Of a stretch of 64,000 nt of DNA, positions 24,487-32,782 are shown piece after piece (within the stretch, counting starts at the first letter, position 1; each line of letters opens with the position of its first letter). The stretch lies in IMG/VR virus record IMGVR_UViG_3300013116_000108, positions 140,101 to 204,100 of that record. One strand, given 5' to 3'. The position numbers and the translations under genes are program-made. Under the pieces are notes generated by a model that was given only the letters and a program-made list of their open reading frames with translations, was not told the origin of the DNA and did no database searches.

Positions 24487-27054
24487 ATGTCTGATATCAG
24501 GCCTAACAAATTACATGAACTAGCATCATATAGTGTACAATATGACTTGTATATGATGCATCCTGAAGACTTTAATCACATACAAGATACACTTATGTAT
24601 AATGTAGATGGTGAAGGTAATTTACAATCATTAGCATTTCAGTTTGTTGAAAACAGTACTGATAGGTTATTAATAAGTTCAAGTGGGAATGTAACTGAAG
24701 AATCTAAGTGGCAATTACAAGCGGACGGCGGCGTTAATATTCTTTCATCAAAAACAAATAGACATTTCGTAGGAAAAAATTATCATATAGATAATATCAG
24801 TATTAACAGTTATATTTCACCTAGTAAAAAAACAGGCGGAGCAAAATATACAAATGCTACATTAACTATATCTGAACCATATGGTGCTACACTAATTGAA
24901 AATTTAATAAAAGCAACAGTAGATTTAGGACAAAAAAAATATCATGAGATGCCTTACATGTTAAAATTAACATTTAAGGGGTGGGATCAAGACGGAAACG
25001 TATCAAGTACACAATTTCAAAACTTAACAACTAAATGGCTCATGGTAAAAATTGGTAATATTGATTTTAAAGTAGATCAAGACGGTACAAATTATACTAT
25101 CGAAATGTTTAATTACTCGGATACTGCGTTTGGAATGGTGTACGGGTCTTTACCTGCTGATATACAAGTTAATGCTAAAACTTTAGGAGAATTTTTCCAA
25201 TTCCAAGATATAGGTGATATGAGCGATGGCGGTAGTGGGTATGTTGGAGGTAGTGATGGTAATATCGGTGTCACTGAAACTAAAACAATGACCTCAAGTG
25301 CTAACGGACCTGTAGGTCAAGGTAATTCTACTGAAACTGTTACAGGTACATATGCTACATCTAAAACATACAAAAGTTTCGCGTCAATTCTAAATACACC
25401 TGATAAAGATTTTAAAGGATTACAAGATACATACGCTTTTGCTTTAGACGTTGGATGTGGTCCTGAAGCCTTAACAGCATTTAAATATGCGATGATATTA
25501 AAAGCAGATTCTTTAGATGCTAACAATATGCCAGTATACTCAGATCTTATAACAGCGGCCGGCATTGAAACTGCTGGAATTTCTGCTAATCCTAATGCTC
25601 CAGGATCAACAGCATTACAACTTAGTAAAGGTATGGGTATTGAAACTATCCTTAAAACAGTAATATCAACTAGTACGTTTATGACCAATCAAGTTACTGT
25701 TAAGCCTAACCCTAACGGCATGTGGAACGGCCCACCAGGCAGTCCGGGGGCACCACCGGCAGTAATATATACATTAGATGAAGATACTCCGCTGTGGCTG
25801 TATAAGTTAACTCCTGTGATTAGAATTGGCAGTTGGGACGAAGTAAGAAATCAATATCAAAAGCATATTACATATGTTGTATCATTATTCAAATCAAATG
25901 GTAGAGCTGAAACGTCAACTCCTCTACATGGTATTACCGATGTTGTTAAATCTTATGATTATGTTTACACAGGACAAAATAAAGATGTACTAGAATTTGA
26001 CTTAGCATTTAATACAGCAGGACTTGATCAAAGAATTATAGGTGGATATAGAGAAGGCTTAGAAGCATCAGTGGATACAAATAACCTGCCGCCGAGTGTA
26101 AGGGCACAACAAGAGAGTAATAATCCGATCGCTCAGTACCATGTTGATCCTTTTACTACATCATATCATCATACTAGACACAAACAAGGAATTTGGGGGT
26201 CTGGTAGTGAGTCAGATTATCGAACTGTTATGGCTAGAAACTTTATGTCAAGAATATATCAAGGTGGTGCTGACCAATTAACCGCACAATTAACAATAGT
26301 AGGTGATCCAGATTTTATTACACAGCAAGAAGGTTTTGGTATATCAAAACATAGTTCATTATATGTAAATAATTCTGTTAATACACATAAAGATCCAATT
26401 ATAAAACTAAACTTTTTTACACCACCAGACATTAACACACAAACAGGTTTGTTAGAAACACATTCAGGATTAGGTGATGCTGTTTATGGTAAACATGAAA
26501 ATTTAATCGCAGGAAATACTATAAGTGTGTTTAGTGGATATTACAGAGTTCTAACAATTGAAACATCTATAGAAGATAATATATTTAGGCAAGTGCTAGA
26601 TATAATAAGAGTTGAAGTACAAGAAGAACCTACAGAAGAAGAAAAAGAATCTACATTAGACGCAGATATAGATGACGCTCAGAAAAAATTAGACAGAGAC
26701 AATAAAGAGGCTAAAAAGTATGATTCCTCTATCTACACTAGAATGACTAGTACATCAGAAATATCAGGTGGAAGTAGTAAACGTGTTTATTCTAAATACA
26801 TAGCAGGATATAGGTACAATGTTGGAGAGGATGCTGGTGTAGAAGCAGGATTAACTACAATGTCTAAGACTCAAATACAAGATGGAATTTATACCAAAAC
26901 TACTAAAAGAGTTGTTTACCCGGGCGGAGTAGGCAGGGAAACAACAGTTGATAATTCACTGCCTGAAGGTCAAAGGATTACTGTAAAACCTGTAGTTATG
27001 AAAGGTCCTCAAAGTTGGGCATACGATAAACCAAAGAATGATAGCCGTAAATAA
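24487..27054 (+). CDS. Baseplate hub protein (gp27/Mu gp44-like)
   Basis: Position before the gp5-like gene; LTIVGDP and FSGYYRVLTIE motifs. Confidence 0.6.
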   Translation: MSDIRPNKLHELASYSVQYDLYMMHPEDFNHIQDTLMYNVDGEGNLQSLAFQFVENSTDRLLISSSGNVTEESKWQLQADGGVNILSSKTNRHFVGKNYHIDNISINSYISPSKKTGGAKYTNATLTISEPYGATLIENLIKATVDLGQKKYHEMPYMLKLTFKGWDQDGNVSSTQFQNLTTKWLMVKIGNIDFKVDQDGTNYTIEMFNYSDTAFGMVYGSLPADIQVNAKTLGEFFQFQDIGDMSDGGSGYVGGSDGNIGVTETKTMTSSANGPVGQGNSTETVTGTYATSKTYKSFASILNTPDKDFKGLQDTYAFALDVGCGPEALTAFKYAMILKADSLDANNMPVYSDLITAAGIETAGISANPNAPGSTALQLSKGMGIETILKTVISTSTFMTNQVTVKPNPNGMWNGPPGSPGAPPAVIYTLDEDTPLWLYKLTPVIRIGSWDEVRNQYQKHITYVVSLFKSNGRAETSTPLHGITDVVKSYDYVYTGQNKDVLEFDLAFNTAGLDQRIIGGYREGLEASVDTNNLPPSVRAQQESNNPIAQYHVDPFTTSYHHTRHKQGIWGSGSESDYRTVMARNFMSRIYQGGADQLTAQLTIVGDPDFITQQEGFGISKHSSLYVNNSVNTHKDPIIKLNFFTPPDINTQTGLLETHSGLGDAVYGKHENLIAGNTISVFSGYYRVLTIETSIEDNIFRQVLDIIRVEVQEEPTEEEKESTLDADIDDAQKKLDRDNKEAKKYDSSIYTRMTSTSEISGGSSKRVYSKYIAGYRYNVGEDAGVEAGLTTMSKTQIQDGIYTKTTKRVVYPGGVGRETTVDNSLPEGQRITVKPVVMKGPQSWAYDKPKNDSRK

Positions 27055-27056
27055 AA

Positions 27057-28439
27057 ATGAAAAAAGTAATTAACCAAACAGATCCATTAAGAACAGGACA
27101 AGGATTTACACAAGCAACTCTGCCTGGTGGTCCATATATTGCTGAAGTTAAATCAGTAGGCGACCCTATGAAAAATAACAGAGTATCTGTGGCACTATTA
27201 GACACTAGTGACCACACTAGTAATGACGACCCTACACACTGGATTGATGTTGGAATTGCCTTACCTCATTATGGTATTACACCACATTCAACAAAAGGTA
27301 GTTCTCGTAGTGTTGAAGAATACGACGGTGGAAGTAGTTACGGTATAACAATTCCTGAACCTGATATTGGTACTAGGTGTTTAGTTGTTTTTGCTAATAG
27401 TGATAGAAGCAAAGGATTTATAATCGCATTTTTACCTAATACTTTTCAAAACACAACTACTGTAGGCAGAGGTGTTGCCAAACTCAAAGGAAAAATAGCA
27501 TTTAACGATGCGGACAAATCAGAATTTTACAGTTTAAGTACTATGTTTCCTGTGTTAGAGAAAAATTTAAAAACCTTAAAGTCAGTTTCAATTAGCGGAA
27601 TACAAAAATTGAAATGGAGTTTTGATAAACTTATGACTGATATTCTTATAACGCAAGGTTTATTATTAGACAGAGTAAGAGGAATCACATCATCTAGCAC
27701 AGAAAGGCAATCTCCTAATAGTGTTATTGGTATATCTTCAAAAGGTAGACAACTACCCGACCCAGCAGATAACATAGACATATTAAACAAATATATAACT
27801 GACCCAACTACTTTAACTCTTAGCGAAGTAGATACGTTATCAAGAAAGCCTGGACATAATTTAGTACTCGACGATGGCGGCATAGATGGTGAAAATAATT
27901 TAATTAGATTGCGTTCTAGTAAAGGTGCTCAAATACTATTACATGATACAAAAGATTTAATTTACATAGCAAATTCAAAAGGAACTTCATGGGTTGAAAT
28001 AACTTCAGCAGGTAAAATAGATATATTTGCTAGTGACTCAGTTAGCCTACATACAAAAGGTGACTATAATATTACAGCAGATAGAAATTTAAATTTAAAA
28101 GCCGCAAACATTAACTTAGAATCAACTGGTGCTACTGATATTGTAACAACAGGCATTACATCAATTGACTCTGGAGGAGTAATAGGATTAACATCAGGCG
28201 GAAACATATTACAAAAAGGTACACAAATACATCTCAATTCAGAAGATAATCAACCACCAGCACATACTGGACAATCTCCAGCAAGAGTACCAAATAAAGA
28301 ACCATGGGGACAACACGAAGATTATGATCCAGAATCGTTTACACTTGAAAAAACAGCAGTAGGTACAGAATCACAAGTAAGTGTTAAACTAAACACCGAT
28401 GGAACTATAACAACTGGTACTAGTACTACAGGAGAATAA
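27057..28439 (+). CDS. Central spike protein (gp5/VgrG-like OB fold plus beta-helix)
   Basis: YIAEVKSVGDP..RVSV, PDIGTRCLVVF and GHNLVLDDG...IRLRSSKGAQILLHD; no lysozyme domain. Confidence 0.8.
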   Translation: MKKVINQTDPLRTGQGFTQATLPGGPYIAEVKSVGDPMKNNRVSVALLDTSDHTSNDDPTHWIDVGIALPHYGITPHSTKGSSRSVEEYDGGSSYGITIPEPDIGTRCLVVFANSDRSKGFIIAFLPNTFQNTTTVGRGVAKLKGKIAFNDADKSEFYSLSTMFPVLEKNLKTLKSVSISGIQKLKWSFDKLMTDILITQGLLLDRVRGITSSSTERQSPNSVIGISSKGRQLPDPADNIDILNKYITDPTTLTLSEVDTLSRKPGHNLVLDDGGIDGENNLIRLRSSKGAQILLHDTKDLIYIANSKGTSWVEITSAGKIDIFASDSVSLHTKGDYNITADRNLNLKAANINLESTGATDIVTTGITSIDSGGVIGLTSGGNILQKGTQIHLNSEDNQPPAHTGQSPARVPNKEPWGQHEDYDPESFTLEKTAVGTESQVSVKLNTDGTITTGTSTTGE

Positions 28440-28441
28440 TT

Positions 28442-29563
28442 ATGGCGAAGGTAACTAGGGTAGGAGTTGACTCGCATCTTGGACACGCTTCACCTACTCC
28501 AAATCCATATCATGTAACACCGTATGCTACGGGTTCTAGTGACGTTATAACAAATGATCAAAATACTGTAAGAGTAGGAGACGTAACGGCTTGTGGCGAT
28601 CCTGCTGTTGGAAGTAGTTCATCAGTTTTTATAAACGGTCGCGGAGTACATAGGCAAGGAGACATTACAGGAGGACACGGCAGTTGGATACCTAATGCTT
28701 CTGCTAGTGGAAGTGATACTGTATTTGCCGGTGACTATGCTACTGAAGATTTAGGAGACGATACTATTGTATATCGTTTACCGCCTTTAGAAACACCCGA
28801 GCCTGTTGAGGGCGAACCAGATTCTATATACATGAAAAGTCATACACCTGGCGGCGGTGCTTTACCTCCTAGAGTAGATGGTGGTCCTGTTGTTGCGGCA
28901 GGTAATTCCGATCAAGCAACAGAAAATTTTGAACCAGGACCTCCAGGAGATTGTACAAGAAAAGACATTGGATCAGTTTCGTCTAAGTATGAATCAAATG
29001 GTAATGCTAGTGCTATAGGGCACGACTCAACAGGTGGATGGAGTTGGGGAGCATATCAAATTGCTACTAAAGTAGGAACATTTAAAAACTATATGAACTT
29101 TTTAAACAAACGATACAATGCCATTTATAATGAGTTAGAGAGTGTAGGCGGAAACTCAGCATTTACACAGGGTACAGATTCAGCAAAAGCAAAGTGGAAA
29201 GAACTTAAATCAAATCCAGACTTCTTACAAAGTCAACATGACTTTATCCAAGTAACACACTACGATAAACTTGTAGCAAAAATTAAATCACAAACAGGCT
29301 TAGATATCTGTGATGGCACACATTGTAATGGTTTACAAGATGCTATATGGAGTATATCTGTACAACACGGCCCAGGTTCTAGTATACCTAAAAAAGGAAT
29401 TACAGCCGCCGGCGAAGGTGCTACTGATGTACAATTAATTAATGCTATCTATGATGAACGTGATAACGTAAACAAATATTTTGCTTCTTCAACCGCGGCT
29501 GTTAAGTCGTCTGTTGCTAATAGATTTGCTCAAGAAAGAGCAGACTGCTTGTCTATTTGCTAG
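28442..29563 (+). CDS. PAAR (gp5.4-like) spike tip fused to a lysozyme-like domain
   Basis: N-terminal VTRVG.DSHLGH...VRVGD.TACGD...VFINGRGVHRQGD; Pro-rich linker; C-terminal SSKYES...DSTGGWSWGAYQI...WSISVQHG. Confidence 0.8.
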   Translation: MAKVTRVGVDSHLGHASPTPNPYHVTPYATGSSDVITNDQNTVRVGDVTACGDPAVGSSSSVFINGRGVHRQGDITGGHGSWIPNASASGSDTVFAGDYATEDLGDDTIVYRLPPLETPEPVEGEPDSIYMKSHTPGGGALPPRVDGGPVVAAGNSDQATENFEPGPPGDCTRKDIGSVSSKYESNGNASAIGHDSTGGWSWGAYQIATKVGTFKNYMNFLNKRYNAIYNELESVGGNSAFTQGTDSAKAKWKELKSNPDFLQSQHDFIQVTHYDKLVAKIKSQTGLDICDGTHCNGLQDAIWSISVQHGPGSSIPKKGITAAGEGATDVQLINAIYDERDNVNKYFASSTAAVKSSVANRFAQERADCLSIC

Positions 29564-29693
29564 TTTTATCAGAATTTTTCTTTGCTAATGGCCTAGCAAC
29601 ACTATCTTTTGAACGTTTTCTAAGTTGTGCTAAAGCACTTGCTTTACGTTTTAGTTCTGCTAAGGGTTTCTTTAAATCCCATTTAAAGTTCAT
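29553..29693 (-). CDS. Unannotated 46 aa highly basic peptide under riboswitch control
   Basis: MNFKWDLKKPLAELKRKASALAQLRKRSKDSVARPLAKKNSDKTSK* (15 Lys/Arg, 4 Asp/Glu); strong SD AAGGAGGGTG. Confidence 0.8.
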   Translation of the reverse strand: MNFKWDLKKPLAELKRKASALAQLRKRSKDSVARPLAKKNSDKTSK

Positions 29694-29717
29694 ATCACCC
29701 TCCTTATGTTAAGTTAG

Positions 29718-29765
29718 GTGCGTTCCTTCGGCGTATGCCTACTTCCGGCCTAATGGCTGAACGGT
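29718..29765 (-). ncRNA. Glutamine-I (glnA motif) riboswitch
   Basis: ACCGUUC-A-GCC AUUA GGC-C-GGAAGUA-GGC AUAC GCC-GAAG-GAACG-CAC: P1 CGUUC/GAACG, P2, P3 and the GGAAGUA/GAAG E-loop of glnA RNAs. Confidence 0.85.
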
Positions 29766-29770
29766 AAGGA

Positions 29771-29777
29771 TATTTAG
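29771..29777 (-). promoter_or_regulatory. Late promoter (CTAAATA) driving the riboswitch transcript
   Basis: With the core at -13..-6, +1 falls at 29765, two nt before P1. Confidence 0.6.
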
Positions 29778-29784
29778 TTATTTG

Positions 29785-29804
29785 TTGTGGCAAAAATGCC
29801 ACAA
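29785..29804. repeat. Perfect 8 bp inverted repeat (terminator or operator)
   Basis: TTGTGGCA-AAAA-TGCCACAA directly after the pncA stop codon and upstream of the riboswitch promoter. Confidence 0.6.
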
Positions 29805-30344
29805 TTATTCTCCTTTTACGGTAATCCCTAATTGAGTCATTTTGCTTGTTGCTTGTTCTACTGAACCAATAGAAGCACATGCTTCTTTAATTACTGTAAC
29901 ATTGTAACCTAGTTTAACAGCATCTGTGGCGCTCCATGCCACACAATAATCATATGCTACACCAACAAAGTCTAAATCTGTAATACCGAGTTGTTGTAGA
30001 TATCCGTGTAAGCCTGTTGTTGTAGTATGATCGTTTTCGTAGAAAGCACTATAACTATCTATGTGTTGTCTAAACCCTTTACGAACAATTAATTGTGCTT
30101 TGTGTGTATCTAATTCGTCTACACATTCAGCACCTTTTGTATTTGCTACACAATGAACTGGCCATGTTGTTTCAAAACTACTGTGGTTTTTTGGATGCCA
30201 ATCTTGTGTAATAATAATGTGCGAATATTGATCTTGTAATTCATTTATCTTTGGTATAACGTTCTCAGCGCCTTCAACAGGTAAACTTCCCCAACTCATA
30301 AAGTCGTTTTGAACATCAACTATTATTAATGCTTTATTTTCCAT
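29805..30344 (-). CDS. pncA: Nicotinamidase/pyrazinamidase (isochorismatase family)
   Basis: ALIIVDVQNDF..GSL, TQDWHP.NH, WPVHCV, RKG....DSYSAF and GVAYDYCV. Probable start MENK at 30344. Confidence 0.92.
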   Translation of the reverse strand: MENKALIIVDVQNDFMSWGSLPVEGAENVIPKINELQDQYSHIIITQDWHPKNHSSFETTWPVHCVANTKGAECVDELDTHKAQLIVRKGFRQHIDSYSAFYENDHTTTTGLHGYLQQLGITDLDFVGVAYDYCVAWSATDAVKLGYNVTVIKEACASIGSVEQATSKMTQLGITVKGE

Positions 30345-31077
30345 ACATGTCATAATACCACCTAGCATGAATATTTTGTAGAGAAAAATATTCATCGTCC
30401 ATCCATTCAGGGTTACTTTTTAATATGTTTACTTCAATACAACTTGATGTTTCTGCTAATACCCATTCCGCACTTTGTTTTATAATTTCGTCTGGGTGTA
30501 ATACATATGTTTTATCAATATATGGTCGTTCACCTTCTAGTTGTTCACCATCTGTTGTGCTAACATTAACAAACAAACTACTTACTATATTGTTGTGTTC
30601 ATTATCACCATAAAACTTTCTATACAATCCTCGCAATATATCTTTTGCTTTTGTAAAACTGTTCCAATAAGGAATATCATATAAATCAGCAGTTGAACCT
30701 ATTGCTACAATTCGTAGATGCTCTGAATTATTTCCTAGTTTATATAATGCAGGAGTTATGTTAACAAATGTAGTTACATTGCTATGAAATATGCTGTCAT
30801 CTAAGCCGTCACCGTCATTATCTATAACAGGATGATTCTCATCTTCAAATCTAAACTCTCCAGGTAAGTGTATATACACAACTAATCTATCTGATATTTC
30901 ACTAAAGAAATCTTCAGGCACAGGCGACATTAAGTCACATGTCATGTGTGTATATTCTAATCCATCAACAGGAGTTTCACTACGACTAATGCCGTAAATT
31001 TTTCCGTAATTTTTTAGGTGGTGGGCATATGCTAACCCAATATCTGATCTTATGCCAGCAATAACAAATGATATCAT
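30334..31077 (-). CDS. Atypical short-chain dehydrogenase/reductase
   Basis: Rossmann N-terminus FVIAGIRSDIG, IVAIGS, and a divergent Y..SxTKAK motif. Confidence 0.55.
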   Translation of the reverse strand: MISFVIAGIRSDIGLAYAHHLKNYGKIYGISRSETPVDGLEYTHMTCDLMSPVPEDFFSEISDRLVVYIHLPGEFRFEDENHPVIDNDGDGLDDSIFHSNVTTFVNITPALYKLGNNSEHLRIVAIGSTADLYDIPYWNSFTKAKDILRGLYRKFYGDNEHNNIVSSLFVNVSTTDGEQLEGERPYIDKTYVLHPDEIIKQSAEWVLAETSSCIEVNILKSNPEWMDDEYFSLQNIHARWYYDMYGK

Positions 31078-31097
31078 GTTTTTCTTTCTCTTAAAAT

Positions 31098-32309
31098 TTA
31101 TAGTTCTTCTCTATTTGTAGCGGCATCCCAGGCTTTACTATGTAACCCACCCCCACACATTTGTTGGCATTCGTAAGTACATAATTTGTGACTTGGATCT
31201 TTCCACGTTAAAGGTAAGATACTTTGAAAGTATTCATGATAAAATATTTCTTCTGCTGTATGTTGTTCTAAGTTGTTCCAACCTACACCATATTCTTTCT
31301 CTAACTTGTTATAATGTGTCATATCTTCTTGCTTTGTAGCCGCAATGTGGTTACAAGGCCATAAGTTCATTTCGCTATCAATATACATCATTTTATTTTC
31401 TTTAAAGTCGCAGGTAACTTGCGACATGTCTGATGATTCAATGATATCTTTATAAATTTTAGCGCCAGCATCTGTAATGTTTAATTCTTTTGCTGTTTCG
31501 GTTATCTCAATGTCTTGTTGATAAGATGTTCCATCAACATATTGAATCTTGCTTATTTCATCACCTTTAACTTCTTTACGATTTTTTGCTACTTTCTTAA
31601 TATCTGTTTCAACTGTAATTGCTTTTGGTGTATTTTGACTTTTTTCTAAGTGTTTAGCATTTTTATTTTCAACTTCGGCATAGTTATATTCCCAATTCCT
31701 AGTAGAAACATGCTTGTCAAATTGCCAAAAACCCATGTCCTTTGCTAGTTGTTGTGCTTCATCGACTTGATGTTTGTTATGCTCGAACACAATCATTTTC
31801 CATCTTGCTTTTCCGCCAGCATTAATATATGCTTGAGCATTAGCCATTACACGTTCGTGTTTAATTCCTATACGATATAACTTGTTAGTATCTGCTAATC
31901 CGTCAATACTAAATGTCATAATCTTTTCTATGCCTTGTGCCCTTTCGGCATAACCCATTGCTTTACCTACTCTAGCCCAACTTTCTGGTGATCTCATACT
32001 ACCGTTAGTTTCCACATCTATAATATAAGGACGTTTTGCTGTCTCAATAATAATTTCTTCCCAGTCAGGTGTCATAACAGGGTCGCCGTGACAACCACAA
32101 AATACCATATTAACTGGATTATCAATAGTAACAATATGTTTCATTCCGTCTAAAAACTTGTTCCATTGTGGGGCAAGTATGTGCCTTTGCCTCAAAGTAG
32201 GACGAACAATGCTAGTTCCCATGAAATGTCGAGGACATAATGGACAAGCAACGTTACAAAATGTTGATGTTTCTACTTGAAATGAATCTATTTCTTTAAA
32301 ATTAAACAT
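31098..32309 (-). CDS. Radical SAM enzyme with a SPASM/Twitch-like C-terminal domain
   Basis: CNVACPLC, FCGCHGDP, ETNGSMR and FSIDGL; C-terminal cysteines CDF...WPCNH...CTYECQQMC. Confidence 0.9.
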   Translation of the reverse strand: MFNFKEIDSFQVETSTFCNVACPLCPRHFMGTSIVRPTLRQRHILAPQWNKFLDGMKHIVTIDNPVNMVFCGCHGDPVMTPDWEEIIIETAKRPYIIDVETNGSMRSPESWARVGKAMGYAERAQGIEKIMTFSIDGLADTNKLYRIGIKHERVMANAQAYINAGGKARWKMIVFEHNKHQVDEAQQLAKDMGFWQFDKHVSTRNWEYNYAEVENKNAKHLEKSQNTPKAITVETDIKKVAKNRKEVKGDEISKIQYVDGTSYQQDIEITETAKELNITDAGAKIYKDIIESSDMSQVTCDFKENKMMYIDSEMNLWPCNHIAATKQEDMTHYNKLEKEYGVGWNNLEQHTAEEIFYHEYFQSILPLTWKDPSHKLCTYECQQMCGGGLHSKAWDAATNREEL

Positions 32310-32338
32310 AATTATTATATACTCACTTAATGATTACG

Positions 32339-32350
32339 ATAAATATTTAT
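32339..32350. promoter_or_regulatory. Palindromic bidirectional late promoter
   Basis: ATAAATATTTAT reads ATAAATA on both strands, between the divergent radical SAM and g25 genes. Confidence 0.55.
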
Positions 32351-32782
32351 ATGAGTACTTACAGAGGATTTTCAACTCTTGGTAGCGAGTTTGCTACTCC
32401 TACAGTAACCGACTTTTTGGCGGCAAAAACTGATCTACAAAACAGTTTAAATGTTCGCTTGGGAGAACGAATAATGCGTCCAGAATTTGGTTGTGTTATT
32501 TGGGATATGTTATATGAACCGTTTACTGATGAGTTAGTTGATGACTTAATTGAAAATATTACTGATATAGGAAAAAGCGACCCGAGACTTGAACTGCTAG
32601 ACATTAGACCCACACAATATGAACACGGTATACAAGTGTCAATGATACTAAGATATATTCCTACTGATCAAACAGAAGCCATGATATATTCATTTAATCA
32701 AGAGGCGGCAGAAGTAGTACAAGACACAGTAAATATAGACAACACAGACAATTTAAACACAGGAACAGCAAATGGCTACTAG
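32351..32782 (+). CDS. g25: Baseplate wedge protein (gp25-like)
   Basis: DLQNSLNVRLGERIMRPEFGCVIWDMLYEP...DPRLEL. Probable start MSTYRGFST at 32351. Confidence 0.9.
   Translation: MSTYRGFSTLGSEFATPTVTDFLAAKTDLQNSLNVRLGERIMRPEFGCVIWDMLYEPFTDELVDDLIENITDIGKSDPRLELLDIRPTQYEHGIQVSMILRYIPTDQTEAMIYSFNQEAAEVVQDTVNIDNTDNLNTGTANGY

Noticed and set aside
29785-29804. The palindrome as an NtcA or CRP site
   Set aside because: It does not match GTA-N8-TAC or TGTGA-N6-TCACA spacing.
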